Positions 18,250 to 26,350 are shown, numbered from the stretch's first letter. The stretch is 32,246 nt of DNA from a virus (IMGVR_UViG_3300025764_000012:1-32246); one strand, 5' to 3'. The notes: generated from the sequence alone by a model not told the origin. Made by a program: numbers and translations.

Positions 18250-18599
18250 GCACCGCATCCCGCCGTATCGGCACCGCGTTCGAGTCCGCCCTTGTGGCGC
18301 ACATCCGCGAACACTTCGGCCTGCGGGCCGAGCGCCTGCGTCAGTCCGGTAAGAACGACCAGGGCGACATCTATGTCGATGACTTGGGCCTGACATACTT
18401 GATCGAGGCGAAGGCAGAGAAGTCAATCAACCTGGGCGGGTACATCACCGAGGCCACGGTGGAGCGCAAGAACTACTGCCGCGCCAGGGGTATCCCCGAG
18501 ATCGAGGTGTTGCCGCTGGTTGTGGTCAAGAGGCGCGGCAAGGGAATCGGTGAGGCGTACGTCGTCACCACGCTCGATGAGTTCTTCGGAACGGACTGA
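18246..18599 (+). CDS. Holliday junction resolvase (Hjc-like PD-(D/E)XK)
   Basis: G..FE, AERL..SG..D.GDI, IEAK, VVVKRRGK...AYVV. Confidence 0.82.
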   Translation: MSTASRRIGTAFESALVAHIREHFGLRAERLRQSGKNDQGDIYVDDLGLTYLIEAKAEKSINLGGYITEATVERKNYCRARGIPEIEVLPLVVVKRRGKGIGEAYVVTTLDEFFGTD

Positions 18600-18600
18600 G

Positions 18601-19110
18601 ATGGCGCTCGCTGTAGCCACGAGAGGACGCCGGGTGGCATCCTGTTCACCCGGTATCCTACGGGCCGTCTGGGACGCCTACTACTCCGACTATGACGGGT
18701 GGACGGGGATACCGGCCGGTGAGGGTTGGGCTCGCCTGACCCGCGCCGAGGCTGCGGCAAGGGCCCTCGGCTCGGGCTACGGGAACCTCCGCCACAGGGT
18801 AAGGCAGTGGGTAGAGAATCCCGACGTCTTCTCTCCGCACATCGACAGGATCGCGGTGGAGCGCGCCAAGATGCTCGACGGTGACGTGATAGCGAACCTG
18901 ACCGGAGCCGAGTGGAACGTCCTGGTGGACGAACTGGCACACCTGCCCGCTGAGCGCGTCCCCTGGGCCGATGCCATGGTGGGGGAGAACTGGACCCACC
19001 TACCGGCCGAGGCCCGCGATAATCACGAGTGGTGGGCCCTGCCCCTGGCGATTCGCAGTTCGCTGAGGAAGGCTGTGTCGGGGCGGCGCACCCTACTGGG
19101 TGCGCCGTGA
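18601..19110 (+). CDS. Hypothetical protein
   Basis: 169-aa ORF filling the operon; ID.IAVERA motif. Confidence 0.6.
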   Translation: MALAVATRGRRVASCSPGILRAVWDAYYSDYDGWTGIPAGEGWARLTRAEAAARALGSGYGNLRHRVRQWVENPDVFSPHIDRIAVERAKMLDGDVIANLTGAEWNVLVDELAHLPAERVPWADAMVGENWTHLPAEARDNHEWWALPLAIRSSLRKAVSGRRTLLGAP

Positions 19111-19250
19111 CGAGCATGCGACTCCTCCTTGTCCACCCCGTCGGGCTGTCGCCGCTCGTCGGGCGCGTTGCGTGGGGCAGGGCGCTCGCCGTAGACATCG
19201 AGGCCATCGACGTGGCCCGAGCGGGCGTGATTGGCGTGGCGCTGTCGTGA
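19107..19250 (+). CDS. Microprotein (47 aa)
   Basis: GTGA overlaps at both ends. Confidence 0.45.
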   Translation: MTSMRLLLVHPVGLSPLVGRVAWGRALAVDIEAIDVARAGVIGVALS

Positions 19251-19642
19251 CTGACGACAAGCATCCCATCTCCGCCGTCCTCGAATCTCTGGGGATTCAG
19301 TGGCAGCATCGTCACGGCTGGCAGTTGATCCTATGCCCAGTCCACGACGAGTCCCGCCCGTCCTGCTCGGTGAACACCGAGGAGAATTGCTTCAACTGTC
19401 ATGCCTGTGGTAACAAGGGTGACACCTACGACCTGATCCGTCTGATTGCCGAGAGAGCCGGAGAGACCATTGACTTCAAGACCGCTAGGATACGAGCAGC
19501 GGCTCTCTCTGGAATCAGCGACAGCGACCTTTCAGGCGGGACTGGTCGATTCACCGCAAGCGGTCGGGTACCTCGCGGGACGGGGTATCAGCCGCGATAC
19601 CGCAGCACGGTTCCGTCTCGGCTTCGTCCGCGAGCCTCTTGA
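19247..19642 (+). CDS. DNA primase zinc-binding (CHC2) subunit
   Basis: CPVHDESRPS.SVN....FNCHACG.KGD..DLI. Confidence 0.85.
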   Translation: MTDDKHPISAVLESLGIQWQHRHGWQLILCPVHDESRPSCSVNTEENCFNCHACGNKGDTYDLIRLIAERAGETIDFKTARIRAAALSGISDSDLSGGTGRFTASGRVPRGTGYQPRYRSTVPSRLRPRAS

Positions 19643-20132
19643 CGGGTTCGAGCGGTTCGTTGACTGGATCTCCATTCCCTATATCTGCGGGGCGGGGCAC
19701 GTGGTCGGGATCAAGTTCCGCTCCCTATACGATGAGGGCCAGCGGTACGACGCCCCCAGCAATCAGCGTACTCGTCTGTTCAACCCAGCGGCCTTGCTCT
19801 CGACGGGTGATACACTCTGCGTAACGGAAGGCGAGTTCGACACGATGATTCTCAGTCAGATCGGACTCCAGTCGGTCGGTGTCCCGGGGACGAATACCTG
19901 GAAGGCGCACCACTGGCGCCTTCTGGAGGGGTTCCGCCGCGTTGTCCTGTTCCGCGACAACGATGAGGCCGGGGCCATCCTGGAGAACGAACTCAAGAAC
20001 GCCAACCTTCCGGTTGTCGTGGTCCACCCCCGCGGGGGTAAGGACGTGACCGTCTCCTATATGGCCGGTCACGGTGACGAACTCATCGGTCTTGCACTGG
20101 GCATCGCGCCCGCAGCCACGACGGCTAACTGA
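19470..20132 (+). CDS. DNA primase TOPRIM subunit
   Basis: YL.GRGI, F.LG.V, IKFR, VTEGEFD, DNDEAG, KDV; TTG start after GGAG (start uncertain). Confidence 0.85.
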   Translation: MTSRPLGYEQRLSLESATATFQAGLVDSPQAVGYLAGRGISRDTAARFRLGFVREPLDGFERFVDWISIPYICGAGHVVGIKFRSLYDEGQRYDAPSNQRTRLFNPAALLSTGDTLCVTEGEFDTMILSQIGLQSVGVPGTNTWKAHHWRLLEGFRRVVLFRDNDEAGAILENELKNANLPVVVVHPRGGKDVTVSYMAGHGDELIGLALGIAPAATTAN

Positions 20133-20145
20133 GAGGCAAGTGACA

Positions 20146-20907
20146 ATGAAGACCATCGCCATCCACCCGGACGCGCAGGTCCCGTATCACTTCAAGCCCG
20201 CTGCACGAGCCTTCAACAACTTCCTGCGGGCAGTCCGGCCCGACGTGCTGGCGTCCGTGGGGGATGAGGTTGACTTCCCCCAGATCAGCCGGTGGACCCG
20301 CGGTCTCCGCGGAGAGTACACGGGCGACCTCCAAAAGCATATCAACGAGGGCGTGGCGTACCTGCGAACCATGCGTGAGGCGTTCGGTGACGGTGAGTTC
20401 CACATCACTCGCTCGAACCACATGGACCGCCCACTCAAATATCTGCGGCAGCATGCCGCGGGCATGGCCGAGTTGGATGCCCTCCAGGTGGAACACATGC
20501 TACACTTCGAGGAGTTGGGCATCACCTATCACACCCAGCCGTACGAATTGGCCCCGGGTTGGATGCTGGTGCACGGCGATGAGGGCGGGCAGTCCCGTGA
20601 GGGCGGCCGGACAGCGCTGAACCTGGCGAAGAAGTTCGGGAAGAGCGTCGTCTGTGGGCACACGCACCGCGCCGGTCTCATCCCTGACGTGCGCAGCGTG
20701 AACGGGCGCCCGACCCAGGTCGTGTGGGGCATGGAGGTGGGCAACTTCATGGACCAGCGCAAGGCCGGGTATCTCGGCGGCGGGTCCGCCAACTGGCATA
20801 TGGCCTGCGGCCTGCTCTACGTGGACGGGTCGAAGGTGACCCCCCACTTGATCCCGCTCCGATCGGACGGGTCCTTCGTGGTCAGTGGCAAGGAGTACCG
20901 GGGATGA
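20146..20907 (+). CDS. Calcineurin-like metallophosphoesterase
   Basis: D.Q.PY, GDEVDF, SNH, HGD, GHTHR motifs. Confidence 0.88.
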   Translation: MKTIAIHPDAQVPYHFKPAARAFNNFLRAVRPDVLASVGDEVDFPQISRWTRGLRGEYTGDLQKHINEGVAYLRTMREAFGDGEFHITRSNHMDRPLKYLRQHAAGMAELDALQVEHMLHFEELGITYHTQPYELAPGWMLVHGDEGGQSREGGRTALNLAKKFGKSVVCGHTHRAGLIPDVRSVNGRPTQVVWGMEVGNFMDQRKAGYLGGGSANWHMACGLLYVDGSKVTPHLIPLRSDGSFVVSGKEYRG

Positions 20908-21599
20908 GTACGGGCCAGGAGAAGTACGTCAGCATGATCCTTGCTGCCGCTCGGCGTGCTGCCGGACAGGTGGCCCCGCGCTTCCCTGGCCTGCTCTCCT
21001 ACGCGGACGCGGTACAGGACTCAACCGAGTGGCTACTGCGGCACCCCGAGAGGGTGCACCACCACACGCTACCCGATGGTACGTTCGGCGGGATGCTCTC
21101 GGTGGAGTGCGCGGGTCAGGTTGCCCGCTCGACGTACCGCTCCAGCGCTCGCGGAAGGGTCGCCCCGGTCACGGAGGACACCTACAGGTACGGAAAGGCT
21201 GTCGTTGAGATGGCGCTGCCCGGCGTGTGGGAGCCCGAGCACCAGCCGCTGGGACGGTTGCCGATGGAGCACAACTCCACCCGCTCCGACCCGGCTGTGG
21301 GCGGGGACTGGCGCGCCATCATCGCAGACGTTCAGCGTGCGGTGTCCGCGGTGACCAGCGCCACCGAGAGGAAGGTGCTGCTCCTGCGCTCGGTCCTGGG
21401 ACAGGGCTGGGATGACATCGGATGGTCCCTGGGCGTCTCCGGGTCCACGGCCCGGCGCCGGTACTCCGGTGCGATCAGCGTCATCCTCGACTTCCTCAAC
21501 GGTACGACAGAGGAGGCCCGCCGCGAGGTCGAGCCGACTCGTCGCGTGATAACCAACGCTGCCGCTCGGGCGATGACAGAGCACGAATGGGACGGGTGA
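20904..21599 (+). CDS. Sigma-factor-like transcription regulator (region 4 HTH)
   Basis: D..Q...EWL; ADV.RA; ER.VL.LR...G....DI...LGVS..T.RRR...A...I.D.L.G. Confidence 0.72.
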   Translation: MSTGQEKYVSMILAAARRAAGQVAPRFPGLLSYADAVQDSTEWLLRHPERVHHHTLPDGTFGGMLSVECAGQVARSTYRSSARGRVAPVTEDTYRYGKAVVEMALPGVWEPEHQPLGRLPMEHNSTRSDPAVGGDWRAIIADVQRAVSAVTSATERKVLLLRSVLGQGWDDIGWSLGVSGSTARRRYSGAISVILDFLNGTTEEARREVEPTRRVITNAAARAMTEHEWDG

Positions 21600-21600
21600 C

Positions 21601-21768
21601 GTGAGGGGCGTCGGGTCCGTCCTGCTCGTCAGTGTCGTGTCCTTTTACCCAACCCCCTGGGACGAACTGCTTAACTTCTACCACTATGAGACCGACTTCC
21701 GGTTCCTTCTCAACCGCATAAACCGCCCGATCAGGGTAGGAATCTATGAGGAGGCAGCGGGGCGATGA
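21601..21768 (+). CDS. Microprotein array member 1 (55 aa, MRGV...)
   Basis: Hand-translated; begins 1 nt after the sigma-like stop; TGA overlaps the next ATG. Confidence 0.55.
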   Translation: MRGVGSVLLVSVVSFYPTPWDELLNFYHYETDFRFLLNRINRPIRVGIYEEAAGR

Positions 21769-21929
21769 AGAGCGTCAACGTGACTACCGCCAGTACAATG
21801 TATCCCTATCCAACACGCTCGGGGATGTGGGAAGCGTTCGCGGGCCCCGTCCCGCACCGCATGGCGGTCTTTGTTCAGCAGATACAGCATCCAGTTGTGG
21901 CGGAACTTTACCGGGCGGTAATGCGATGA
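21765..21929 (+). CDS. Microprotein array member 2 (54 aa, MKSV...)
   Basis: GGAGG RBS; ATGA overlaps at both ends. Confidence 0.65.
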   Translation: MKSVNVTTASTMYPYPTRSGMWEAFAGPVPHRMAVFVQQIQHPVVAELYRAVMR

Positions 21930-22078
21930 AGACCGTGAAGTGGGCCATGACAACCTCGTCCTCCTCCCCCGTGGGGTGGGAACAGAGAAACGGGATCTAC
22001 GCCGAGCCGGGGCAACTAGTTACCCACTTCTGGTTGCGCATTACCTCTCACCTCATGGGGGCCCTGCGCGATGAATAG
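21926..22078 (+). CDS. Microprotein array member 3 (50 aa, MKTV...)
   Basis: ATGA coupling. Confidence 0.6.
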   Translation: MKTVKWAMTTSSSSPVGWEQRNGIYAEPGQLVTHFWLRITSHLMGALRDE

Positions 22079-22226
22079 CGTGTATTCCGACGTCTGCCTC
22101 GGACAGAGGCTGTCCCTATATGGGGTGCCGATCCGCCTATGGCACCTTGATTGGGACGTTCGCCCCCTGGCCCTTGAGGGGATATCAGGTACCATCTATG
22201 TAGCAATCGTCTGGCCCGAGCAATGA
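22071..22226 (+). CDS. Microprotein array member 4 (51 aa, MNSV...)
   Basis: 8-nt overlap upstream; ATGA overlap downstream. Confidence 0.6.
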   Translation: MNSVYSDVCLGQRLSLYGVPIRLWHLDWDVRPLALEGISGTIYVAIVWPEQ

Positions 22227-22411
22227 AGAGCGTATTGCGCGACATTCGTACCCCGGGAATCTTGGTGATGAACGCCGTATCACCGCACCTATGGTACGTT
22301 GCGAATATCGGCGGCGGCACCGGTTCCCAAATCCAACTGTCCATCCAGGGCGCAATAGTATGGGCCGCCGTGGATCAGGCGGCCGCCCTACGGGAGGTAC
22401 CCTCCTCGTAA
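22223..22411 (+). CDS. Microprotein array member 5 (62 aa, MKSV...)
   Basis: ATGA coupling. Confidence 0.6.
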   Translation: MKSVLRDIRTPGILVMNAVSPHLWYVANIGGGTGSQIQLSIQGAIVWAAVDQAAALREVPSS

Positions 22412-22427
22412 CCTCCGTAGAGACACG

Positions 22428-22476
22428 GAACCCCCCACCTAGGTCCTAGCGGGCCAAGATGGGGGGTTCGTTCGTT
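22428..22476. terminator. Terminator-like hairpin between convergent units
   Basis: GAACCCCCCA...TGGGGGGTTC outer stem, inner GGTCC/GGGCC stem, followed by GTTCGTT. Confidence 0.6.
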
Positions 22477-22518
22477 AGGGGGGCTCCTGGGGGGCATCCA
22501 GGGGCATCGTAGGCCCCG

Positions 22519-22758
22519 TCAGGGGGCCACTCCGATGTATGGGTGGTCCTGACAGGTGTACTCGCCCGGCTCGCAGTAGTTCGGGCACTGCTGGCCCCGG
22601 TACGATCCGGGGACGGTGGCCTCGCAGCGGCTCGCCGGTGAAGTGTTCCGAATGGACCAGTATTCAGTCTCGGTCAGGATGATGCCCTCGGATGGTCCGC
22701 CATATGGGTGTATGGTGAGCCACCACTCCGGGCCGTCTACGTGCGTGTCAATGTCCAT
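22519..22758 (-). CDS. Hypothetical protein with C-terminal Cys/His finger
   Basis: AAGGAG RBS; C...G.QC.N......C..H. Confidence 0.65.
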   Translation of the reverse strand: MDIDTHVDGPEWWLTIHPYGGPSEGIILTETEYWSIRNTSPASRCEATVPGSYRGQQCPNYCEPGEYTCQDHPYIGVAP

Positions 22759-22904
22759 AGTTTCTCCTTGATTACGACGATACAGTTAAAGCATAGGAAC
22801 TCCGTCCCTGCGAGCGCGCTCCATATCCTCCCCTCCCCCAGGGGAAGGGTGTCCACCGGATAGAACGGAGCAACCGACCACACCTTGCCCTTTACACTCC
22901 TCAT
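22737..22904 (-). CDS. Microprotein (55 aa, MRSV...)
   Basis: GGAG RBS; ATGA coupling. Confidence 0.6.
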   Translation of the reverse strand: MRSVKGKVWSVAPFYPVDTLPLGEGRIWSALAGTEFLCFNCIVVIKEKLWTLTRT

Positions 22905-23068
22905 TCCGTACTCCAGTCCGACCAGAGCGGCTGGAAGATATCGGCAATAGGAATCCACAGGAGCATACCCAGGTCACGTTCGTCGGCCCAGCGGGACCGC
23001 AGTAGGCGGAGATATGCCGCGCCCTCGACGTATGTCAATTCGAGGTGGGCCGACGATATCCGCTCCAT
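22901..23068 (-). CDS. Microprotein (55 aa, MERI...)
   Basis: Starts 1 nt after the upstream stop; coupled downstream. Confidence 0.5.
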   Translation of the reverse strand: MERISSAHLELTYVEGAAYLRLLRSRWADERDLGMLLWIPIADIFQPLWSDWSTE

Positions 23069-23069
23069 C

Positions 23070-23369
23070 CTACTCGCCAACCTTCTCGATCTGTCCGACG
23101 GCGGACGCGACACGGATGATCGTGCGCGGGAAGTCCGCACCCAGTTGCCACTTCGCGGCGGCGCCCTGCGTGGCGCTCAGGCCGTAGGCCCATGACAGGG
23201 GGCCGTCCTTGACGACGGTGAGGAACCACTCGCGCTCCAGCAACGTCTCGTATGCCCTGGACAGGATGGCACGAGCGAGCGAGCGGCTGTCCTCATACTC
23301 GGAGGACTCCAGCAGTTCCTCGATGGCGGCGATCTCGTTGCCGCGTGGTGTGACGTGCGGGATGGTCAT
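23070..23369 (-). CDS. Hypothetical protein
   Basis: GAGGAGG RBS; GC3-rich codons. Confidence 0.75.
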   Translation of the reverse strand: MTIPHVTPRGNEIAAIEELLESSEYEDSRSLARAILSRAYETLLEREWFLTVVKDGPLSWAYGLSATQGAAAKWQLGADFPRTIIRVASAVGQIEKVGE

Positions 23370-23391
23370 GGGTCCTCCTCTGGTAGTTCTA

Positions 23392-23427
23392 GTGCCCGGG
23401 CGCCGATCTGTGAGCGCACGCCCGGGC
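23392..23427 (-). repeat. 36-nt intergenic hairpin repeat, copy A
   Basis: Identical to 27473-27508; 9-bp stem GCCCGGGCG/CGCCCGGGC. Confidence 0.9.
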
Positions 23428-23434
23428 TGTTGGG

Positions 23435-23851
23435 TCAGTCCTGGACCATCCTGATCTCGTCTGCCTGCTCGCGCTGACGGGAGATCGTGTATGTACCGGC
23501 CCCGATGCCCGCGTACCCGTGCTCCGGGTGCGCCTGGTAGACGGTGGCGCCGACGGGGACGGTCAGCGTGCCGAGGACCAGCGAGCCCTCGGTAATGGTG
23601 GCGGCATCGAAGAACCCGCCCGGGAGGAGCAGGTGCGTGTTGCCACCCACCTCGCCCTTGACGACGGCGACACCCACGGCCGGGATCGGCGTGGTTGCCG
23701 GGGCCTGGTCGGGAGCCGGGAGGATCAGGGTGTCGCCCTGGGCCTGGGGCCCGGTCAGGACCGGGATGGTCGCCTCGCGGCTCAGGTGGTCATCCACCTG
23801 GACACCGAAGCGGGTGATGGCCTCACCGATGGTGAGAGTGTTGCTCTGCAT
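23435..23851 (-). CDS. Conserved protein usually adjacent to DUF6745 genes
   Basis: QGD..I.P, GE..G.TH.L, H.EH..I..G.Y....QRE......V.D. Confidence 0.75.
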   Translation of the reverse strand: MQSNTLTIGEAITRFGVQVDDHLSREATIPVLTGPQAQGDTLILPAPDQAPATTPIPAVGVAVVKGEVGGNTHLLLPGGFFDAATITEGSLVLGTLTVPVGATVYQAHPEHGYAGIGAGTYTISRQREQADEIRMVQD

Positions 23852-23895
23852 GTTCGTGCCCTTCTTGTTGGTACTGCCGGGACTCTATTATGGTA

Positions 23896-24411
23896 TCACG
23901 CGCGACGCTGGAGCGTCGCGTAGACATCAGGACTCACACCATACCCCCATGCGGCCGCCTCACGCAAGGCGACTCGCGCGATGCGCTTGGCTGCGTTCCG
24001 AACGACGGAATACGAGACGCCGTACTCGGCGGACAGTTGGGCGATATTGCCATTCCCGTTCCCGATCTTCCCGGGACGGTAGCGCAGCGCGAGGTCCCGC
24101 GCAACGCTCAGCGGCACGACGGTGTTCACGCACCGGTCCATGAGGACCGTATCGAGAGCATTGTCCCCAGTCGTGCCGAGATAGAGGTGCCCGATATTCA
24201 AGCACTGGCCGTTACCGCACCGGTGTAGGACCTTCATGATTCCCGGGTCTCCCCGGGCGATCCACCACACGGCGCGACTGGCGTTCATGTCCCGGCCGTC
24301 CAGTTTGTAGGTGGGGCGCTTTGAGCGGCCAGCCTCGACGCACTCGACGGTCTCGGCCCGGGCCCCCGCATAGACGAGTGCCCGGAACGCTCCGTTGCCC
24401 CGCTTCATCAC
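23896..24411 (-). CDS. HNH endonuclease-like protein fused to a DUF6745-type C-terminus
   Basis: ASR.VW, VLHRCGN..C.N..HL.LGT..DN..D; HTH-like segment; ends AAAWGYGVSPDVYATLQRRA. Confidence 0.8.
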   Translation of the reverse strand: MMKRGNGAFRALVYAGARAETVECVEAGRSKRPTYKLDGRDMNASRAVWWIARGDPGIMKVLHRCGNGQCLNIGHLYLGTTGDNALDTVLMDRCVNTVVPLSVARDLALRYRPGKIGNGNGNIAQLSAEYGVSYSVVRNAAKRIARVALREAAAWGYGVSPDVYATLQRRA

Positions 24412-25505
24412 GCCCGCCGCTCGATTTCCAGGTACTGCTCGCGGGTCACTCCGTACGTCCAGGCGGCGGCGGCGATGGGGTCATCGATGTCGGCAGGAAC
24501 TGTTAGGCCGAACTTCCTACGCACCCCGCCCCGTTCCGTTGTCCCATTTGTCACGAGAATAACCCGCACCGGTTCATCGTAGATGGCCGCTGGCACGTCG
24601 TAAAGGGTGATAGTGCAGCCCGGATTGCCTGGATCATCCACCACCTCACCGACCTGTGCCAACTCGGCCTCGACCACGAACTGATCCCAGCCCAGCCGTT
24701 CGATGGCGCTGCGGCGAACCTCGGCGTTCGGCTCCTGGAGGATGCGGGTGGTGTCCCACTCGCCCCGGATCATCTCGGCGGGCACGCGCGTTCCGTGCCA
24801 CGAGTAGAGGGCGAAGCCATCCGCGTACTCGATGGCGGGGCCGTCTGCGTTATGGAGCCGCTGCTGCGGGTCCAGGTGGAGCGCCGTGGGGCGCTCGGTG
24901 AGGATGATGGCCCGATCGAACGGCCACCACCATCCACAACTTTTCGCCACGCGGATCAGGCCGGACAACTTCTCCGTGCCCTCGACGGGTACAACTACCC
25001 GGAAGTAGTCGTTGAAACTGAGCCACCCCGCATCGTGCTGCCCGTAGGCTGCCGAGCGGACCTGCTCACGAATGGCCGACTTGGCGCCGTTGCGGGCAGT
25101 CGTGGTCATCCCGGCCCAGACCTCCGAGAAGGTCGGGTAGTACTTGCCCTTGCCGATGACGGCCATGATGCGTTCCCAGACCTCCGGGTAGCGCTCGTCG
25201 TAGTCCTCTTCGACGTTCGAGATCAGCCCGACCGTATCATCGACGGCAACGGTGCCCGCAGCGGCCTCCTCGGCCAGTGACGAGGCCAACATCCATGCCC
25301 CGATCGCACCCATCATGGGGGAGTCGAGCCAGATGATGCTCTCGGGCTGGTCGAGCCGGGCGATGGTGTACGCCTCGCGGGCGCCAGCCTCCGCCTCTTC
25401 GCGGTCGGCTCGATCGGTACTCAGACCGATCTTGAGCCACATGTCACGGTGCGGTTCCAACGCCGCCTCCTGCCCTGGCGTCAGTTCTGTAATCTTCTCA
25501 GCCAT
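24408..25505 (-). CDS. DUF6745-domain protein
   Basis: GQHDA.WL, CGWWWPF...ILTERP..LH.D...RLH..DGPA..Y.DG..LY.WHG..VP, E.NAEVRR. Confidence 0.82.
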   Translation of the reverse strand: MAEKITELTPGQEAALEPHRDMWLKIGLSTDRADREEAEAGAREAYTIARLDQPESIIWLDSPMMGAIGAWMLASSLAEEAAAGTVAVDDTVGLISNVEEDYDERYPEVWERIMAVIGKGKYYPTFSEVWAGMTTTARNGAKSAIREQVRSAAYGQHDAGWLSFNDYFRVVVPVEGTEKLSGLIRVAKSCGWWWPFDRAIILTERPTALHLDPQQRLHNADGPAIEYADGFALYSWHGTRVPAEMIRGEWDTTRILQEPNAEVRRSAIERLGWDQFVVEAELAQVGEVVDDPGNPGCTITLYDVPAAIYDEPVRVILVTNGTTERGGVRRKFGLTVPADIDDPIAAAAWTYGVTREQYLEIERRA

Positions 25506-25686
25506 ACCCCTCTTCTCCCTCCGTGGTGGACTCGATACTGAACGAGTGTACGGTACCTTCGATCACGATGTCAACAGCACCGCGGGTCGCGGCCTGGGCG
25601 ACTCTGCGGTACGTGTCGCTGGGGATGACCCATTCCCCGCGTGGGTTGTCGCCCACGCGCGCGATGCGCAGGTCGTAGGTGGACAT
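25498..25686 (-). CDS. Hypothetical protein
   Basis: GAGG RBS; 62 aa. Confidence 0.5.
   Translation of the reverse strand: MSTYDLRIARVGDNPRGEWVIPSDTYRRVAQAATRGAVDIVIEGTVHSFSIESTTEGEEGYG
25545..25574 (-). promoter_or_regulatory. Promoter upstream of the DUF6745 gene
   Basis: TTGACA-18 nt-TACACT on the minus strand, inside the upstream ORF. Confidence 0.6.
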
Positions 25687-25703
25687 CCCGGCCTCTTTCA
25701 TCC

Positions 25704-25859
25704 CTACACCTCGTCCAGTACGGCGTCAATAGTCATGGTCTGCGGCAGGAAGCCGAAGTCCCAATCGCCCTGGTTCAGGACACGGCTAGAGATCAGGTAG
25801 TGACCGCCGTCCGCTGGCAGTAACTCGGCGTCGAACCGGGACAGCCGGACCTGGATCAT
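25704..25859 (-). CDS. Hypothetical protein (51 aa)
   Basis: ATGA coupling; MIQVRLSRF. Confidence 0.5.
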   Translation of the reverse strand: MIQVRLSRFDAELLPADGGHYLISSRVLNQGDWDFGFLPQTMTIDAVLDEV

Positions 25860-26029
25860 CGCCCTACCCCACGAACATGGGCGGCGGTAAGTTCTTGTCG
25901 GAGGTTTATCCACTCCGCGACGCGCAGGACGTCGCACACCAACCCGTAGGGGATCTCAGGGATCACCAGGGTGGAGGAGGGAACGAACGCCGTTCGTGCA
26001 TCGTATATCGCCAGGTTGACGCCCTCCAT
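25856..26029 (-). CDS. Microprotein (57 aa, MEGV...)
   Basis: Starts 1 nt after the upstream TAA; coupled downstream. Confidence 0.5.
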   Translation of the reverse strand: MEGVNLAIYDARTAFVPSSTLVIPEIPYGLVCDVLRVAEWINLRQELTAAHVRGVGR

Positions 26030-26030
26030 C

Positions 26031-26180
26031 TTATCGCCGTATCTCGGCGCCATCAAGATACGGCGGCATGGACATGCCGCCACGGTTCGGGGCCAGCCAG
26101 AGCGCCAGGAGCAGCGCGAGGGCGATCAGGAGGATCGCGCACACGGCGCGGCCACGACGGGTGAGCCTAAGGACGGTCAC
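26031..26180 (-). CDS. Small membrane protein (49 aa)
   Basis: Hand-translated: MTVLRLTRRGRAVCAILLIALALLLALWLA; basic N-terminus plus a transmembrane helix. Confidence 0.65.
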   Translation of the reverse strand: MTVLRLTRRGRAVCAILLIALALLLALWLAPNRGGMSMPPYLDGAEIRR

Positions 26181-26350
26181 GGCTGCACCCGGCCCTCTAG
26201 TGTGTGCTCGATCCTACCGAACACCCGCGCCACCGGGATCAGGGTGCTGCCCTGGTAGCACAGCACCCATACATGATCCGCGACGCGCGTGTTTTCGAGA
26301 TAGGCGATTGCATGGGGACGCTTCCATGTCTCGTGCCGAACACTCCTCAT
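26177..26350 (-). CDS. Microprotein (57 aa, MRSV...)
   Basis: ATGA and GTGA overlaps. Confidence 0.55.
   Translation of the reverse strand: MRSVRHETWKRPHAIAYLENTRVADHVWVLCYQGSTLIPVARVFGRIEHTLEGRVQP

Noticed and set aside
21762-22233. Regularly spaced 14-nt repeats as a CRISPR array
   Set aside because: The repeats are too short and degenerate, and the ~150-nt spacers are open reading frames.
21601-22411. Integron cassette array with attC sites
   Set aside because: The ORFs overlap, leaving no room for attC hairpins, and I saw no GTTRRRY-bounded palindromes.
23896-24411. Group I intron around the HNH gene
   Set aside because: The HNH overlaps the upstream stop codon and the DUF6745 ORF is complete, leaving no non-coding space for an intron core.
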